A stretch of 64,000 nt of DNA from Nitrospirota bacterium (GTDB lineage: Bacteria > Nitrospirota > Nitrospiria > Nitrospirales > Nitrospiraceae), in NCBI GenBank assembly GCA_016200355.1, contig JACQEY010000053.1, positions 425 to 64,424 on the forward strand. The letters are read 5' to 3'. Under the pieces are notes generated by a model. The model saw only the letters and a program-made list of their open reading frames with translations, did no database searches and was not told where the DNA came from. The translations under genes and the position numbers were made by a program. Position 1 is the stretch's first letter. Each line of letters begins with the position of its first letter. Below, one piece after another: positions 1-9,985 of the stretch.

Positions 1-2
1 AT

Positions 3-2141
3 GAAGACGATGCCCGCAAGAAGGGGCTCTCGCCGACGGACTATGCGACCCAGCAAGCCGAGATGTGGAAGAAAGGCTTGGGAGATTGGGGCCAGAGCGG
101 CGAGCGGGTTCAGAAGCTCCGCGATGCAGCAGATGTTGTTGTGTACACGCCTGGCAGCAACGCGGGCATTCCCGTCTCTATCCTCAAGTCCTTTGCAGCG
201 CCGTCGCAAGAAATTCTTGACGATCCCGAGATGCTGCGCGAGCGGATCAATACGACGGTGACGAGTCTGTTGGGTCTCGTCGGCGTCGAGGCTGATCCAA
301 TCAAGAGTCGCGAACACATTCTCTTGTCGACGATTCTCGACCACATCTGGAAGGCGGGACAGGATCTGGATCTGGCCACATTGATCCAGCAGATCCAAAC
401 GCCGCCGATTGCCAAGATTGGCGTGTTGGATCTGGACTCGTTCTATCCCTCAAAGGAACGCTTTACCCTCGCCATGCAGTTGAATAACTTATTAGCTGCG
501 CCGGGATTTTCTGCCTGGTTGGAAGGGGACGCGCTCGATGTCGGCCAGATGCTCCATTCGCCAGGGGGCAAGCCGCGGCTCGCCATTTTCTCGATCGCCC
601 ATCTCAACGATGCCGAGCGCATGTTCTTTGTCACCTTGCTGCTGAGCCAGACGCTCGGCTGGGTGCGGGCACAGTCCGGCACGACCAGTCTCCGCGCTAT
701 CCTCTATATGGATGAAATTTTCGGCTATTTCCCGCCGGTCGCCAATCCGCCGTCGAAGCAACCCTTGCTCACATTGCTGAAGCAGGCCCGCGCGTTCGGT
801 CTGGGTGTCGTGTTGGCAACACAAAACCCCGTCGACCTGGACTACAAAGGCTTGGCGAATACCGGCACCTGGTTCATCGGACGGCTGCAAACCGAACGAG
901 ACAAAGCGCGTGTCTTGGAAGGACTGGAAGGCGCCGCCGCGAGTAGTGGAAAGAAGTTCGATAAGCAGGGGATGGAACAACTTCTCGCCGGCCTAGGCAA
1001 TCGCGTCTTTCTTATGAACAATGTCCACGAAGATGCACCGGAGGTCTTTCAGACAAGATGGACACTGTCCTACCTTCGCGGTCCACTGACGCGCACCCAG
1101 ATCAAGACACTCATGGACCCCGTAAAGGCGGCAAGCTCTAGGACTGCCTCCCAACCCTCAGCACTCAGCACTCAGCACTCAAAACTCAGCACTCGCCCAA
1201 TGCTCCCTCCCGATGTGCCGCAGCAGTTCGTGCCGATTCGTGGCAGCCAGCCAAGTGGGACGACATTGATCTACCAGCCGATGTTGCTCGGTGCCTCGCA
1301 GGTGCGCGTATCAGACAGCAAAACCGGCGTCGATGTGACTCAGGATGTGACTGTGCTGGCGCCGATCTCGGACGGTGCGGTGGCGCTGGACTGGGATCAT
1401 GCCATGGAAGCGGGGTTGGCGCTGGCTGATCTGGAGCCAGCGCCCTCAGACGGTGCGCAGTTTGGCGCAGTTCCCAGTGCGGCAAGCAAAGCGAAAAGCT
1501 ATGAGATTTGGAGCAAGGAATTTTCCGGTTGGTTGTTCCGAAATCAGAAAGTCGATCTGTTGAAGAGCCCTAGTACAAAAGAAGTCTCGACTCCTGGCGA
1601 GTCCGAGCGGGACTTCCGTGTGCGGTTGCAACAATCCGGACGTGAAGCCAGGGACAACCAATCGGACCGTCTGCGTCAAAAGTACGCGCCGAAGATTGCC
1701 GCCTTGCAAGATCGGATCAGGCGTGCAGGACAGATGGTCGAACGGCAGCAAGCGGAGTCTCGGTCGAGTCAAATGCAAGCGGCGATTTCTGTCGGCGCCT
1801 CGATTTTAGGGGCGTTTCTCGGAAGAAAAACCGTTAGCGCGGCGAACATCGGGCGGGCGACAACGGCGATTCGTGGAGCTGGGCGCGCCATCAAGGAATC
1901 GCAAGACGTGGGACAAGCCGAAGAGAACGTCTCGGCATTGCAGCAACAATTGGCCGACCTCGACGCGCAGTTTAAGATGGAAACCGATGCCCTCGCTGCC
2001 GCGACCGATCCCCTCAACGAAAAACTCGAGACCGTCTCTCTCAAACCCACCAAAGCCAACATTGCCGTGAAACTTGTCGCCCTCGCCTGGACACCACACT
2101 GGCGCGATTCAGGCGGAGCAACGACAGCAGCCTGGTCCTAG
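3..2141 (+). CDS. P-loop NTPase, HerA/DUF853(YjgR)-like, 5' end outside window, coiled-coil C-terminal tail
   Basis: Frame 3 is open from base 3 (EDDARKKGLSPTDY precedes the first Met at 63). Walker-B-like LRAILYMDEIFGYFP. VVLATQNPVDLDYKGLANTGTWFIGRLQTERDK resembles HerA/YjgR-type ATPases. The last ~180 aa are heptad-rich. Confidence 0.55.
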   Translation, partial: EDDARKKGLSPTDYATQQAEMWKKGLGDWGQSGERVQKLRDAADVVVYTPGSNAGIPVSILKSFAAPSQEILDDPEMLRERINTTVTSLLGLVGVEADPIKSREHILLSTILDHIWKAGQDLDLATLIQQIQTPPIAKIGVLDLDSFYPSKERFTLAMQLNNLLAAPGFSAWLEGDALDVGQMLHSPGGKPRLAIFSIAHLNDAERMFFVTLLLSQTLGWVRAQSGTTSLRAILYMDEIFGYFPPVANPPSKQPLLTLLKQARAFGLGVVLATQNPVDLDYKGLANTGTWFIGRLQTERDKARVLEGLEGAAASSGKKFDKQGMEQLLAGLGNRVFLMNNVHEDAPEVFQTRWTLSYLRGPLTRTQIKTLMDPVKAASSRTASQPSALSTQHSKLSTRPMLPPDVPQQFVPIRGSQPSGTTLIYQPMLLGASQVRVSDSKTGVDVTQDVTVLAPISDGAVALDWDHAMEAGLALADLEPAPSDGAQFGAVPSAASKAKSYEIWSKEFSGWLFRNQKVDLLKSPSTKEVSTPGESERDFRVRLQQSGREARDNQSDRLRQKYAPKIAALQDRIRRAGQMVERQQAESRSSQMQAAISVGASILGAFLGRKTVSAANIGRATTAIRGAGRAIKESQDVGQAEENVSALQQQLADLDAQFKMETDALAAATDPLNEKLETVSLKPTKANIAVKLVALAWTPHWRDSGGATTAAWS
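1157..1195 (+). repeat. In-frame heptanucleotide tandem repeat (CTCAGCA x ~5.5, 39 nt) inside the ATPase CDS
   Basis: Read directly: ctcagca ctcagca ctcagca ctcaaaa ctcagca ctcg. It encodes the low-complexity linker ALSTQHSKLST. Confidence 0.85.
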
Positions 2142-2238
2142 CCGACGCGTTCGTTAATAGGGTCATTCCTCCCTATAGTATTGTCTCTGCCAAATTGAGT
2201 ACATTGGCCTACTCTCTAACGGAAGGTAGGGACTGAAC

Positions 2239-5200
2239 GTGACACCAAAACCTTCCTGCGAGTCCGCAAGACTCGAAGCACTCTACCGCTACGAGATCCT
2301 CGGCACGGGTCCAGATTCCGCGTTTGACGATCTGGCTCGCCTAGCCTCCTATATCTGCCGTACACCCATCGCAGTGATCTCCTTCGTCGATGCTGAGCGC
2401 CAATGGTTCAAATCCTCCGTGGGGTTGGACCACAAGGAAGCCCGGAGGGAAACGGCTTTTTGCGCCCATACCATTTTAGGGACCGATTGCTTCATTGTGG
2501 AAAAAGCCGATGCGGACGAGCGGTTCAGGGACCACCCTTGGGTGGTCGAGCAGCCAGCGTTGCGATTCTATGCCGGGGTTCCGTTGACGACGCCGGATGG
2601 CTATGCAATCGGGAGCCTTGCCGTCATGGATGTGGCCCCGAGGACCTTGTCCCCTGAGCAGCTGGCCTGTCTGCGCACCATCGCGAATCAAGTCATGGCC
2701 CAGCTGGAACTCCGCCGAGCGTCCCGGTCGGACATTCGCCAGGAACAGGTTCGCCGGAAAGAAACAGAAGACTCGGTGCAGGCGATACTGGATCGGACCG
2801 CCCATCATGCCGGACCAGCGTACTTCTCGGCGCTCGTCCAGGAGCTGGCCACCATAACGGGAGTCGACCATGCCTTCTGCGCGAGGGTACTTCCTGGAGG
2901 GAGCCGGGCACAGACGATGGCGCTATGGAGCGGCGGGTCTGTTCAACCGAACTTCGAATACGATCTGGCAGGAACCCCCTGCGAGCAAGTCAACGGTGGC
3001 ACGCTGTGTCACTATCCGACCGGCGTACAGACGCTCTTTCCCGACGATATATTGCTGCAGCAGATGGGCATCGAGTCCTATATGGGCTTCCCGCTTCTTG
3101 GATCGCAGGGGACGCCGGTTGGGTGGATCTCCATTATGGGAGCCGAGGCGATTCAAGCGCCCGCTCGCGCAGAAGCCATCCTTCGGTTCTGCGGAGGGAA
3201 GGCCGGCAGCGAACTGGAACGGATGGAGGCGGAGGCTGCGCGATGGAATTCCCAACAGCTCCTGGAAAACGTCATCGAGAATATTCCACTGGCCGTCTTC
3301 ATCAAGGATCCCAAAGATGAGTTCCGTGTTCAATTGTGGAACAAGGCAGCGGAATCTATTTTCGGGATTCCGCGTACGGACATGCTTGGGCGCAACGCCC
3401 ATGACCTTTGGCCCAAGCAGCAGGCCGACTCCTACCTGGACGACGACCGGCGGTGTATCGCCGAGGGGCACATTCATGATATTGCCGAAGAGCCCAGCAT
3501 CAGTCACGCACGCGGGGACATCGTGGTTCATACCCGCAAAGTTCCGCTCTTTGATGCGGCAGGGAACGCCATCCATCTTCTCGCCCTCTGCGAGGACATT
3601 ACCGAACAGAGAAAGGCGGAAGAGTTCATTCGAGAGAACGAGCACAAGTTTCGCTCCATTTTCGAGCAGGCTCCGGTCGGAATCGCGACGATCGATTCAG
3701 TCACGGGCCGGTTCAAGAGCGTCAACACCAGCTATTGCAGGATCATCGGATACACGGGCGAGGAAATGCTCAGTCACACGTTCCTCGACATCACGCATCC
3801 CGACGATCGCCAGGCCGATCTCGACCAGATGAAGCGGCTTCTGGACGGCGAAATTGCGACGTTCGAAATGGACAAGCGTTTATTCAGAAAGAATGGAGAC
3901 GCGATCTGGGTTCATCTCACCTGCGTTCCGTTGTGGCAGCGGCCCTCCGATCCGCGTGTGCACTTGGCCATCGTCCAAGATATTACGGAGCGCAAACGGG
4001 CCGAGGAGGAACGGTCAAAGCAGGAATTGCTCATCAGCCTCATGCTAAGCACGGGCCCTGGCTGCATCAAACGCGTCGCAGCCGACGGCACCTTACTGCA
4101 CATGAACCCGGCGGGGCTGACAATGATCGAAGCCTGCCGAGAGGAGGAAGCAATCGGCCTTTTGGTGTTCGATCTTGTTCTCCCCGAGCATCGTACTGCG
4201 TTCATCAACATGCATCAGGACGTGATCAACGGAGCTTCGCGAATCCTCCAGTTCGAAATTCAAGGTCTCAAGGGAAGCCGCAGGTGGATGGAAACCTATG
4301 CCGTGCCCTTCCGGAATCCCGTCACCGGCAGCATGGAACATCTGGCGGTGACCCATGACATCACCGAGCGCAAGCAGGCCGAAGAGGCGCTGCGTGAGAG
4401 CGAGCAGGCGATACGAGCCCTTTACGAAGCGACAGCAGCGGTAGGGCTGTCCTTCAATGAGCGGATGCAGGCGGTCCTGGAGGTCGGTTGTCAGCGGTTC
4501 GGTTTACCGATCGGCATGCTCACTCGGGCCGTGGATGAGAAACTTGAATTCACCCATGTCTGTGCGCCTGGCACCGGTTTCACGGCCGGCATGGATGTGC
4601 CACTTGACGCCACTTACTGCAACACGACTCTTCAGGCGACCGGTCCGGTGTGCTTCGAACATGCAAAAGTCTCAGAATGGCGAAACCATCCTGGCTACAA
4701 GGCGCTGGGCCTCGAATCTTATATCGGAACCAAGCTCATCGGTCGAGAGCGGGTCTACGGCACGATCTGTTTTACGGGCCAGGATCCGCGCCCAGCCTCG
4801 TTCAGTCAATCCGACAAGGATTTCATCCAGCTCATGGCCCGCTGGATCAGCGGGGAGTTAGATCGTCAGAAGGCGGAACAGGCACTGAAGCAAAGCGAAA
4901 AACGGTACCGGGCGCTATACGACGGAACCCCAACCATGTACTTCACTCTCGCGACAGACGGCACGGTCCTCTCCGTCAATCGTTTCGGGGCAGAGCAGTT
5001 AGGATATCGAGTAGATGAATTGGTCGGCCAATCCGTGCTGGGCATTTTTCACGAAGAGGATAAGGAGACCGTTTCCACGAGTCTGTCGGAGTGCCTCGCG
5101 ACACCGGAGATCACGAAACATTGGGAGTTTCGGAAGGTACGGAAAGACGGGAGCATGATGTGGGTGAGAGAAGTGGCCCATGTGGGTCAGTCTTCTACTG

Positions 5201-6768
5201 GGGAGACCGTCGTGCTGGTGACATGCGAGGATGTCACTGAGCACAAGCGGACGGAGCAGGCGCTGACGTTTTTCCGAACCTTGCTCGACCACGTCGATGA
5301 TTCCATCGAGATCATCGATCCCCATACCGGGCAATTCCTGGACGGCAATAAGGGAGCCGCTTCGAACATCGGCTACACGCGCGATGAATTCCTCACTCTG
5401 ACCGTGCCCGACATCGACCCGTTGGTCACAATGCCGGTCTTTGCGGGCTTGATGGAACGGCTGCGTGAGGCACCCAAGACGATGATCCTTGACAGCCTCC
5501 ATCGGCGGAAAGACGGCACGACGTTTCCCGTCGAGGTGAGCGCGCAACTGATCCGGCTGGAGAAAGACTATCTCGTCGCGGTCGTGCGCGACAGCACCGA
5601 GCGGAAGCGGATAGAGGAGGCACTGAGGTCCAGCGAGGAACGGTTCCGGCTTGTGGCCGAAGCGACGCGGGACATTTTGTGGGATTGGGATCTCGTCACC
5701 GATGAGCATTGGTGGAGTCCGAATGCCCGGGAGAGGTTCGGCTATGATCCGAATGCCGAGCCCAGCATCGATGCCTGGACAAACCGGCTGCACCACGACG
5801 ATCGGGACAAGGTTCTTGCGCTCGTGAAACACGCATTGAGCTCGAACCTGCGTGTGTTTAGTGGAGAATACCGGTTCCGTCTCGCAGACGGCTCTTATGG
5901 CCATTTCTACGATCGAGGACAGATCGTTCGCGACCCATCAGGCAAGCCGACCCGCATGATCGGCGCCATGATCGACGTGACAGGCGCCAAGCAAGCCTAT
6001 GCCTCTCTCCAAGAGGCCTATCGTCGTTTGCAGGCGATGGCGAACGAACTGCAGAGGGTTGAATCGAACGAGCGCCGCCGGCTATCGAGGGAACTTCACG
6101 ACGAGGTGGGCCAGCTCCTGACCGCCCTAAAATTCGATCTGGAGTCCATGAGGCGAGGGGGAATCGGCAAGAGGAAGTTGCCGCCGATACAGGTCACGGA
6201 GCGGCTCACCCGCGCGCTGGAGACGACCGACCTCCTCTTTACCCGTCTCCGGCTGATCGTGCGAGCCTTGCGCCCACCGGTGCTCGAAGCACTGGGTTTG
6301 AAAGCGGCGTTGGAATCCTTGGCCGCTGATGTGCAAGCCCACACCGGCCTGGCATGCTCAGTGGTCATTGAGGGAAACGACCGGCAGCCTGGCCTCGCAC
6401 CGACCCGGGAGACGGCGCTCTATCGGATCGCCCAAGAACTGCTGACTAACGTGATACGGCATGCTCAGGCCAAGACCGCATCCATCAGTCTCGCGATAGA
6501 CCCAGATCACTGGATTCTTGTCGTGGAAGATGACGGGATCGGTTTCGATCCTACAGCCCTGCCACTGGCCGGAGGGGTCGGACTCCGTGGGATACGGGAA
6601 CGGGTTGAGATTCTTGGCGGGCGTATCGACTTTACTTCGCAGCACGGACAGGGGACATTGGCCGTCGTCTGGATTCCAGTTGTTGCGGACCCGCCTCCTC
6701 GGACTGCCCGGAAGCTGAAGCGGGCACCATCCGTTCGCCCCCGGCGGCAAAAGCAAGCTCATGACTAA
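2239..6768 (+). CDS. Multi-sensor hybrid-less histidine kinase (GAF-GAF-PAS x ~6-GAF-PAS, HisKA_3 + HATPase_c)
   Basis: 1509-aa ORF with GTG start. Six PAS/PAC boundary motifs (DITEQRKAEE, DITERKRAEE, DITERKQAEE, DVTEHKRTEQ, DSTERKRIEE, DVTGAKQAY). H-box ELHDEVGQLLTALKFDL. ATPase motifs NVIRHA, DDGIGF, GLRGIRERV. Confidence 0.9.
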   Translation: MTPKPSCESARLEALYRYEILGTGPDSAFDDLARLASYICRTPIAVISFVDAERQWFKSSVGLDHKEARRETAFCAHTILGTDCFIVEKADADERFRDHPWVVEQPALRFYAGVPLTTPDGYAIGSLAVMDVAPRTLSPEQLACLRTIANQVMAQLELRRASRSDIRQEQVRRKETEDSVQAILDRTAHHAGPAYFSALVQELATITGVDHAFCARVLPGGSRAQTMALWSGGSVQPNFEYDLAGTPCEQVNGGTLCHYPTGVQTLFPDDILLQQMGIESYMGFPLLGSQGTPVGWISIMGAEAIQAPARAEAILRFCGGKAGSELERMEAEAARWNSQQLLENVIENIPLAVFIKDPKDEFRVQLWNKAAESIFGIPRTDMLGRNAHDLWPKQQADSYLDDDRRCIAEGHIHDIAEEPSISHARGDIVVHTRKVPLFDAAGNAIHLLALCEDITEQRKAEEFIRENEHKFRSIFEQAPVGIATIDSVTGRFKSVNTSYCRIIGYTGEEMLSHTFLDITHPDDRQADLDQMKRLLDGEIATFEMDKRLFRKNGDAIWVHLTCVPLWQRPSDPRVHLAIVQDITERKRAEEERSKQELLISLMLSTGPGCIKRVAADGTLLHMNPAGLTMIEACREEEAIGLLVFDLVLPEHRTAFINMHQDVINGASRILQFEIQGLKGSRRWMETYAVPFRNPVTGSMEHLAVTHDITERKQAEEALRESEQAIRALYEATAAVGLSFNERMQAVLEVGCQRFGLPIGMLTRAVDEKLEFTHVCAPGTGFTAGMDVPLDATYCNTTLQATGPVCFEHAKVSEWRNHPGYKALGLESYIGTKLIGRERVYGTICFTGQDPRPASFSQSDKDFIQLMARWISGELDRQKAEQALKQSEKRYRALYDGTPTMYFTLATDGTVLSVNRFGAEQLGYRVDELVGQSVLGIFHEEDKETVSTSLSECLATPEITKHWEFRKVRKDGSMMWVREVAHVGQSSTGETVVLVTCEDVTEHKRTEQALTFFRTLLDHVDDSIEIIDPHTGQFLDGNKGAASNIGYTRDEFLTLTVPDIDPLVTMPVFAGLMERLREAPKTMILDSLHRRKDGTTFPVEVSAQLIRLEKDYLVAVVRDSTERKRIEEALRSSEERFRLVAEATRDILWDWDLVTDEHWWSPNARERFGYDPNAEPSIDAWTNRLHHDDRDKVLALVKHALSSNLRVFSGEYRFRLADGSYGHFYDRGQIVRDPSGKPTRMIGAMIDVTGAKQAYASLQEAYRRLQAMANELQRVESNERRRLSRELHDEVGQLLTALKFDLESMRRGGIGKRKLPPIQVTERLTRALETTDLLFTRLRLIVRALRPPVLEALGLKAALESLAADVQAHTGLACSVVIEGNDRQPGLAPTRETALYRIAQELLTNVIRHAQAKTASISLAIDPDHWILVVEDDGIGFDPTALPLAGGVGLRGIRERVEILGGRIDFTSQHGQGTLAVVWIPVVADPPPRTARKLKRAPSVRPRRQKQAHD

Positions 6769-7397
6769 GTACCGCTGTTTGCTCGCGGACGATCATCCTG
6801 TCGTGCGGCGCGGCGTCCGGGATCTGCTCGAGGCCGAACAGCTCTGTTCGGATATCCACGAGGTGAGCAGCGGAGAGGCTGCGCTGACGGAGATCCGGCG
6901 TCAATCGTGGGGCCTCTTGATCCTCGACATCGCACTTCCCGACAAGCATGGCCTGGAAGTGTTGAAAGAGGTCAAGCTGCTCCAGCCTCGACTGCCCGTG
7001 CTGATGCTGAGTTTGTATCCCGAGAGAGAGTTCGCCCTGCGCGCGATCAAGGCCGGTGCATCAGGGTATCTCACGAAAGACCGCGCGCCGTCGGAATTGC
7101 TGGCTGCGGTGAAACGGGTGCTGCGAGGCGGCCTACATCACCGAAGATCTGGCCGAGCAGATGGCGGTTATGGTGGAAACGGGGCAGGACGGACCGCTTC
7201 ACGCCACGCTCTCCAACCGCGAAATGCAGGTGTTGCGCCTGCTGGGAAAGGGCAAGACTGTGTCTGCGATTGCCGAAGATCTCTGTCTTTCTGTCAAGAC
7301 GATCAGCACCTACCGTTCACGCATCCTCGATAAGCTCTCCTGCCGGACGACCGGCGAACTTATGCGCTATGCGATCGAACAGCGCTTGATCGACTAA
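6761..7397 (+). pseudogene. NarL/FixJ-type response regulator interrupted by a frameshift (REC domain in frame 2, LuxR-HTH in frame 3)
   Basis: ORF 6761-7333 gives an intact REC domain (LLADDHPVVRRG, LDIALPDKHG, AGASGYLTKD) and then nonsense after VLRGG. ORF ending 7397 (frame open from 7113) gives AYITEDLAEQMAVMVETG...LSNREMQVLRLLGKGKTVSAIAEDLCLSVKTISTYRSRILDKL. The switch must lie in ggcggcc at ~7127-7133. The ATG overlaps the kinase stop by 8 nt. Confidence 0.8.
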
Positions 7398-7419
7398 CCT
7401 CCCTCCCGCTCAGAGAATA

Positions 7420-7490
7420 ACTACTCAGGTGTTCAGGTAGATAGGCTGAAGGTTTCTACTAACAACCTTCAGCCTATCTACCTGAGTAGT
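7420..7490. repeat. Long hairpin of the AGGCTGAAG family (copy S1); probable terminator after the regulator gene
   Basis: actactcagg[tgttcagg]tagataggctgaagg - 13-nt loop - ccttcagcctatctacctgagtagt. This is a 25-bp stem with an 8-nt bulge. Confidence 0.85.
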
Positions 7491-7624
7491 TACGTCTGTG
7501 TAGGCGAAATACTGACAACATATTCAGCGCTTCGCCGATATGCTCATGGAGGCAATGTAATCATACTGTGAAAGACGTGGGGATATCTCATGCCCGAATG
7601 GCCAAATCTTAGGATAAATGATCT

Positions 7625-8308
7625 ATGCCACGCCGGCCTCAGATTCGAGTGCTCTTGGTCGATGACCATGGCTTGGTCAGAATCGGAATCAGGGAACAAC
7701 TGATCAGCTGCCCTGATTTTTCTGTCGTCGGCGAGGCTGCGTCCGTCGAACAAGCAGTCGAACTTGCCCGCTGTCTCACCCCTACGATTGTGCTCCTGGA
7801 TCTGATTCTTCCGGACGGGTCCGGCATTCAGGCCTGTCGCCGAATCCTCGCCGACGCGCCAAACATGCGCGTGCTGATCATGACAATCTGCGACGATTCC
7901 GCGGCGGTGCATGCGGCCATCGCGGCGGGCGCTCATGGATACGTGCTCAAGGACGTCGGGCCGGACATGCTGTTAGAGGCGGTGCGGACGGTCGCGATCG
8001 GGGCCTCGTTCTTTCATCCCCTCTCGATGTTCGCGGCTCTATCCGCTTCCTCTGCGGCTTCCGATCCGGAAGCACTCTACGGACTGGGGAAGCTTTCCCG
8101 GCAAGAACAGCGGATCCTTCCCCTGTTGGGAGAAGGCAGGACCAATAAAGAGATCGGCTTCGTACTGGCCCTCTCTGAGAACACCGTCAAGAACTACCTG
8201 TCCAATATGTTTAGGAAATTGAAGATTACGCGCCGCACGCAAGCCGTAACATTGTATCTGCGACAGCAGCAGCGTCGTAAACTCTCGAATGTCCCACTCT
8301 CAGGGTAA
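7625..8308 (+). CDS. NarL/FixJ-family response regulator (REC + LuxR-type HTH)
   Basis: RVLLVDDHGLVRIG, LLDLILPDGSG, and C-terminal LSRQEQRILPLLGEGRTNKEIGFVLALSENTVKNYLSNMFRKL. Confidence 0.9.
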   Translation: MPRRPQIRVLLVDDHGLVRIGIREQLISCPDFSVVGEAASVEQAVELARCLTPTIVLLDLILPDGSGIQACRRILADAPNMRVLIMTICDDSAAVHAAIAAGAHGYVLKDVGPDMLLEAVRTVAIGASFFHPLSMFAALSASSAASDPEALYGLGKLSRQEQRILPLLGEGRTNKEIGFVLALSENTVKNYLSNMFRKLKITRRTQAVTLYLRQQQRRKLSNVPLSG

Positions 8309-8311
8309 CGC

Positions 8312-8692
8312 ATGAACAGGGATATGCCGTTGATTCTAGTCGTCGATGACGATGTTCAAGCTCGGAAGTGGATGCAGACCGTCCTGGAGGCGGAAGGGTA
8401 CAGGGTTCTCGAGGCGGGAGATGGAAACGAAGCTCTTGCTCAATATGCCCTCCATCAGCCGGATCTAGTTGTGATGGATATTTACATGCCGGGCAAGGAA
8501 GGCCTCGAAACGATCTTGCAGTTGAGTAACCATTACTTAACCGTCAAGGTCCTCGCTGTCTCGGGCAATTTCTACGAGGGCTATGATGTAGGCACACTAG
8601 CGAAATCCTTCGGAGCCAAAGGGATACTGCCGAAACCGTTCAGCGCGAAGGAGTTATTGGACCAAGTGGAAACCCTCCTGAAGACGGGCTGA
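8312..8692 (+). CDS. Single-domain CheY-like response regulator
   Basis: 126 aa with ILVVDDD, VVMDIYMPGKEG, KPF. Starts 3 nt after the preceding stop. Confidence 0.85.
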   Translation: MNRDMPLILVVDDDVQARKWMQTVLEAEGYRVLEAGDGNEALAQYALHQPDLVVMDIYMPGKEGLETILQLSNHYLTVKVLAVSGNFYEGYDVGTLAKSFGAKGILPKPFSAKELLDQVETLLKTG

Positions 8693-8801
8693 TCGTTCGC
8701 CATAGGAGAACGGTCAATGTCGGGCAGGCTCCCAGAGCACATGGCTTCATGAATCGTTCCTTCTTGCCAATAGCGTCGGCTTATGGAGTCGCAACCGGTG
8801 C

Positions 8802-9908
8802 CTATGCCGGCTCATTCCGTTCCCGTGCGGCGATAGCCGGCTTCCCCTCAGTCACCTCGAAATAGCAGAACCCTTCGTGCTCGACAAGCTTCTTTGCGAT
8901 CACCCCTGCGGCTGTTTCAAGCGAGGCGGCAAGTGTCTCGTTCTGGGTACTGAAGACACTTCCGCCGCGAACCGCTTTCCCCACGAGCGATGTCACGGCG
9001 GCTTCCGCGCGCAGAGCGTCACGCGTCACTCGGGCCAAAGCCTCCAATGAAATCATGGGATGATTGGCATCGAATTCAGGGTAGGGCGATTCCTGGGAGC
9101 TCGGTCCCACTCGCAATGCGGTCGCGCCATGTACGGCCGGTACTCGATAGGCCGCGTCGAAGAAGGCTTCCAGGAAAATGCGCGTCAGATCGGCGCTGAC
9201 ACGTTGAGAGTTGACCGTGGTGGCCGAGATGCGAACTGAACTGGCAGGGCTCGCCTCAATGTCCGGCGAGATCCCCGGAAACAGTAAGACATTGCCGCTT
9301 CGATCGACGAATCCCTTCGAGATGACTTTCACCACCCCGCGAAGGCCGGCTCCCGCGTAGTCCGATCTTGCCGTAAAACTGATATCGCCAAAATAGGCTT
9401 TGTTGTACGCCAGCAGCATCCGAGCGAAGCGAGAGGAGTCCTGTTCGAGCTGATCCTCACCTAGCCCAAGATGCCCATGCCATTGTCTGGCTACTTCGAT
9501 GACCTGTTTGAGTTTGTCCAGATCGATACGGGCATTCGCATCGTTGGCCACGTCGTCGAGGACGTGAGCAAGGATAGAGAGGGAGGCTCCCTTGTCGCGA
9601 TGCGGCTGGAGAATCTTATCGATGACGGACGTCAAGGGGCGCACGCTGGTTGCTTGACCCTCCGTGGACTGCTGGAACAGAGGGTCGCGTGAGGTGGCGC
9701 CATCGCGCCGTTCACCCAGCGGTTCGTCGTGGGCCTGCCTGGTGCAGGTCAGGAACTTCGCCGCAAGCTCGTTCTTGTCGGCCAGCTTCTGGCGGAATTC
9801 TCCACGATGGAGATCCAATTGGTCACGTAGTTGCAGGACCGAAGAGCTGCAGCCTGCTTGCAGAAGAAGGATCAGCAAGGCGCACAGGAGATAGGGTACC
9901 CGCTTCAT
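8802..9908 (-). CDS. Hypothetical lipoprotein
   Basis: 368-aa ORF. Signal peptide plus lipobox MKRVPYLLCALLILLLQAGCSS. No family recognised. Confidence 0.6.
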   Translation of the reverse strand: MKRVPYLLCALLILLLQAGCSSSVLQLRDQLDLHRGEFRQKLADKNELAAKFLTCTRQAHDEPLGERRDGATSRDPLFQQSTEGQATSVRPLTSVIDKILQPHRDKGASLSILAHVLDDVANDANARIDLDKLKQVIEVARQWHGHLGLGEDQLEQDSSRFARMLLAYNKAYFGDISFTARSDYAGAGLRGVVKVISKGFVDRSGNVLLFPGISPDIEASPASSVRISATTVNSQRVSADLTRIFLEAFFDAAYRVPAVHGATALRVGPSSQESPYPEFDANHPMISLEALARVTRDALRAEAAVTSLVGKAVRGGSVFSTQNETLAASLETAAGVIAKKLVEHEGFCYFEVTEGKPAIAARERNEPA

Positions 9909-9912
9909 CGCT

Positions 9913-9985
9913 GCCTCTTGTCAGGTAGATAGGCTGAAGATTGTTAGGGGCAGAAACCAACTTCAGCCTTCAGCCTAAACCCCTG
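9913..9985. repeat. AGGCTGAAG-family hairpin (copy S2, degenerate)
   Basis: Shares caggtagataggctgaag with S1. The right arm is cttcagccttcagcctaaacccctg. Confidence 0.7.
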
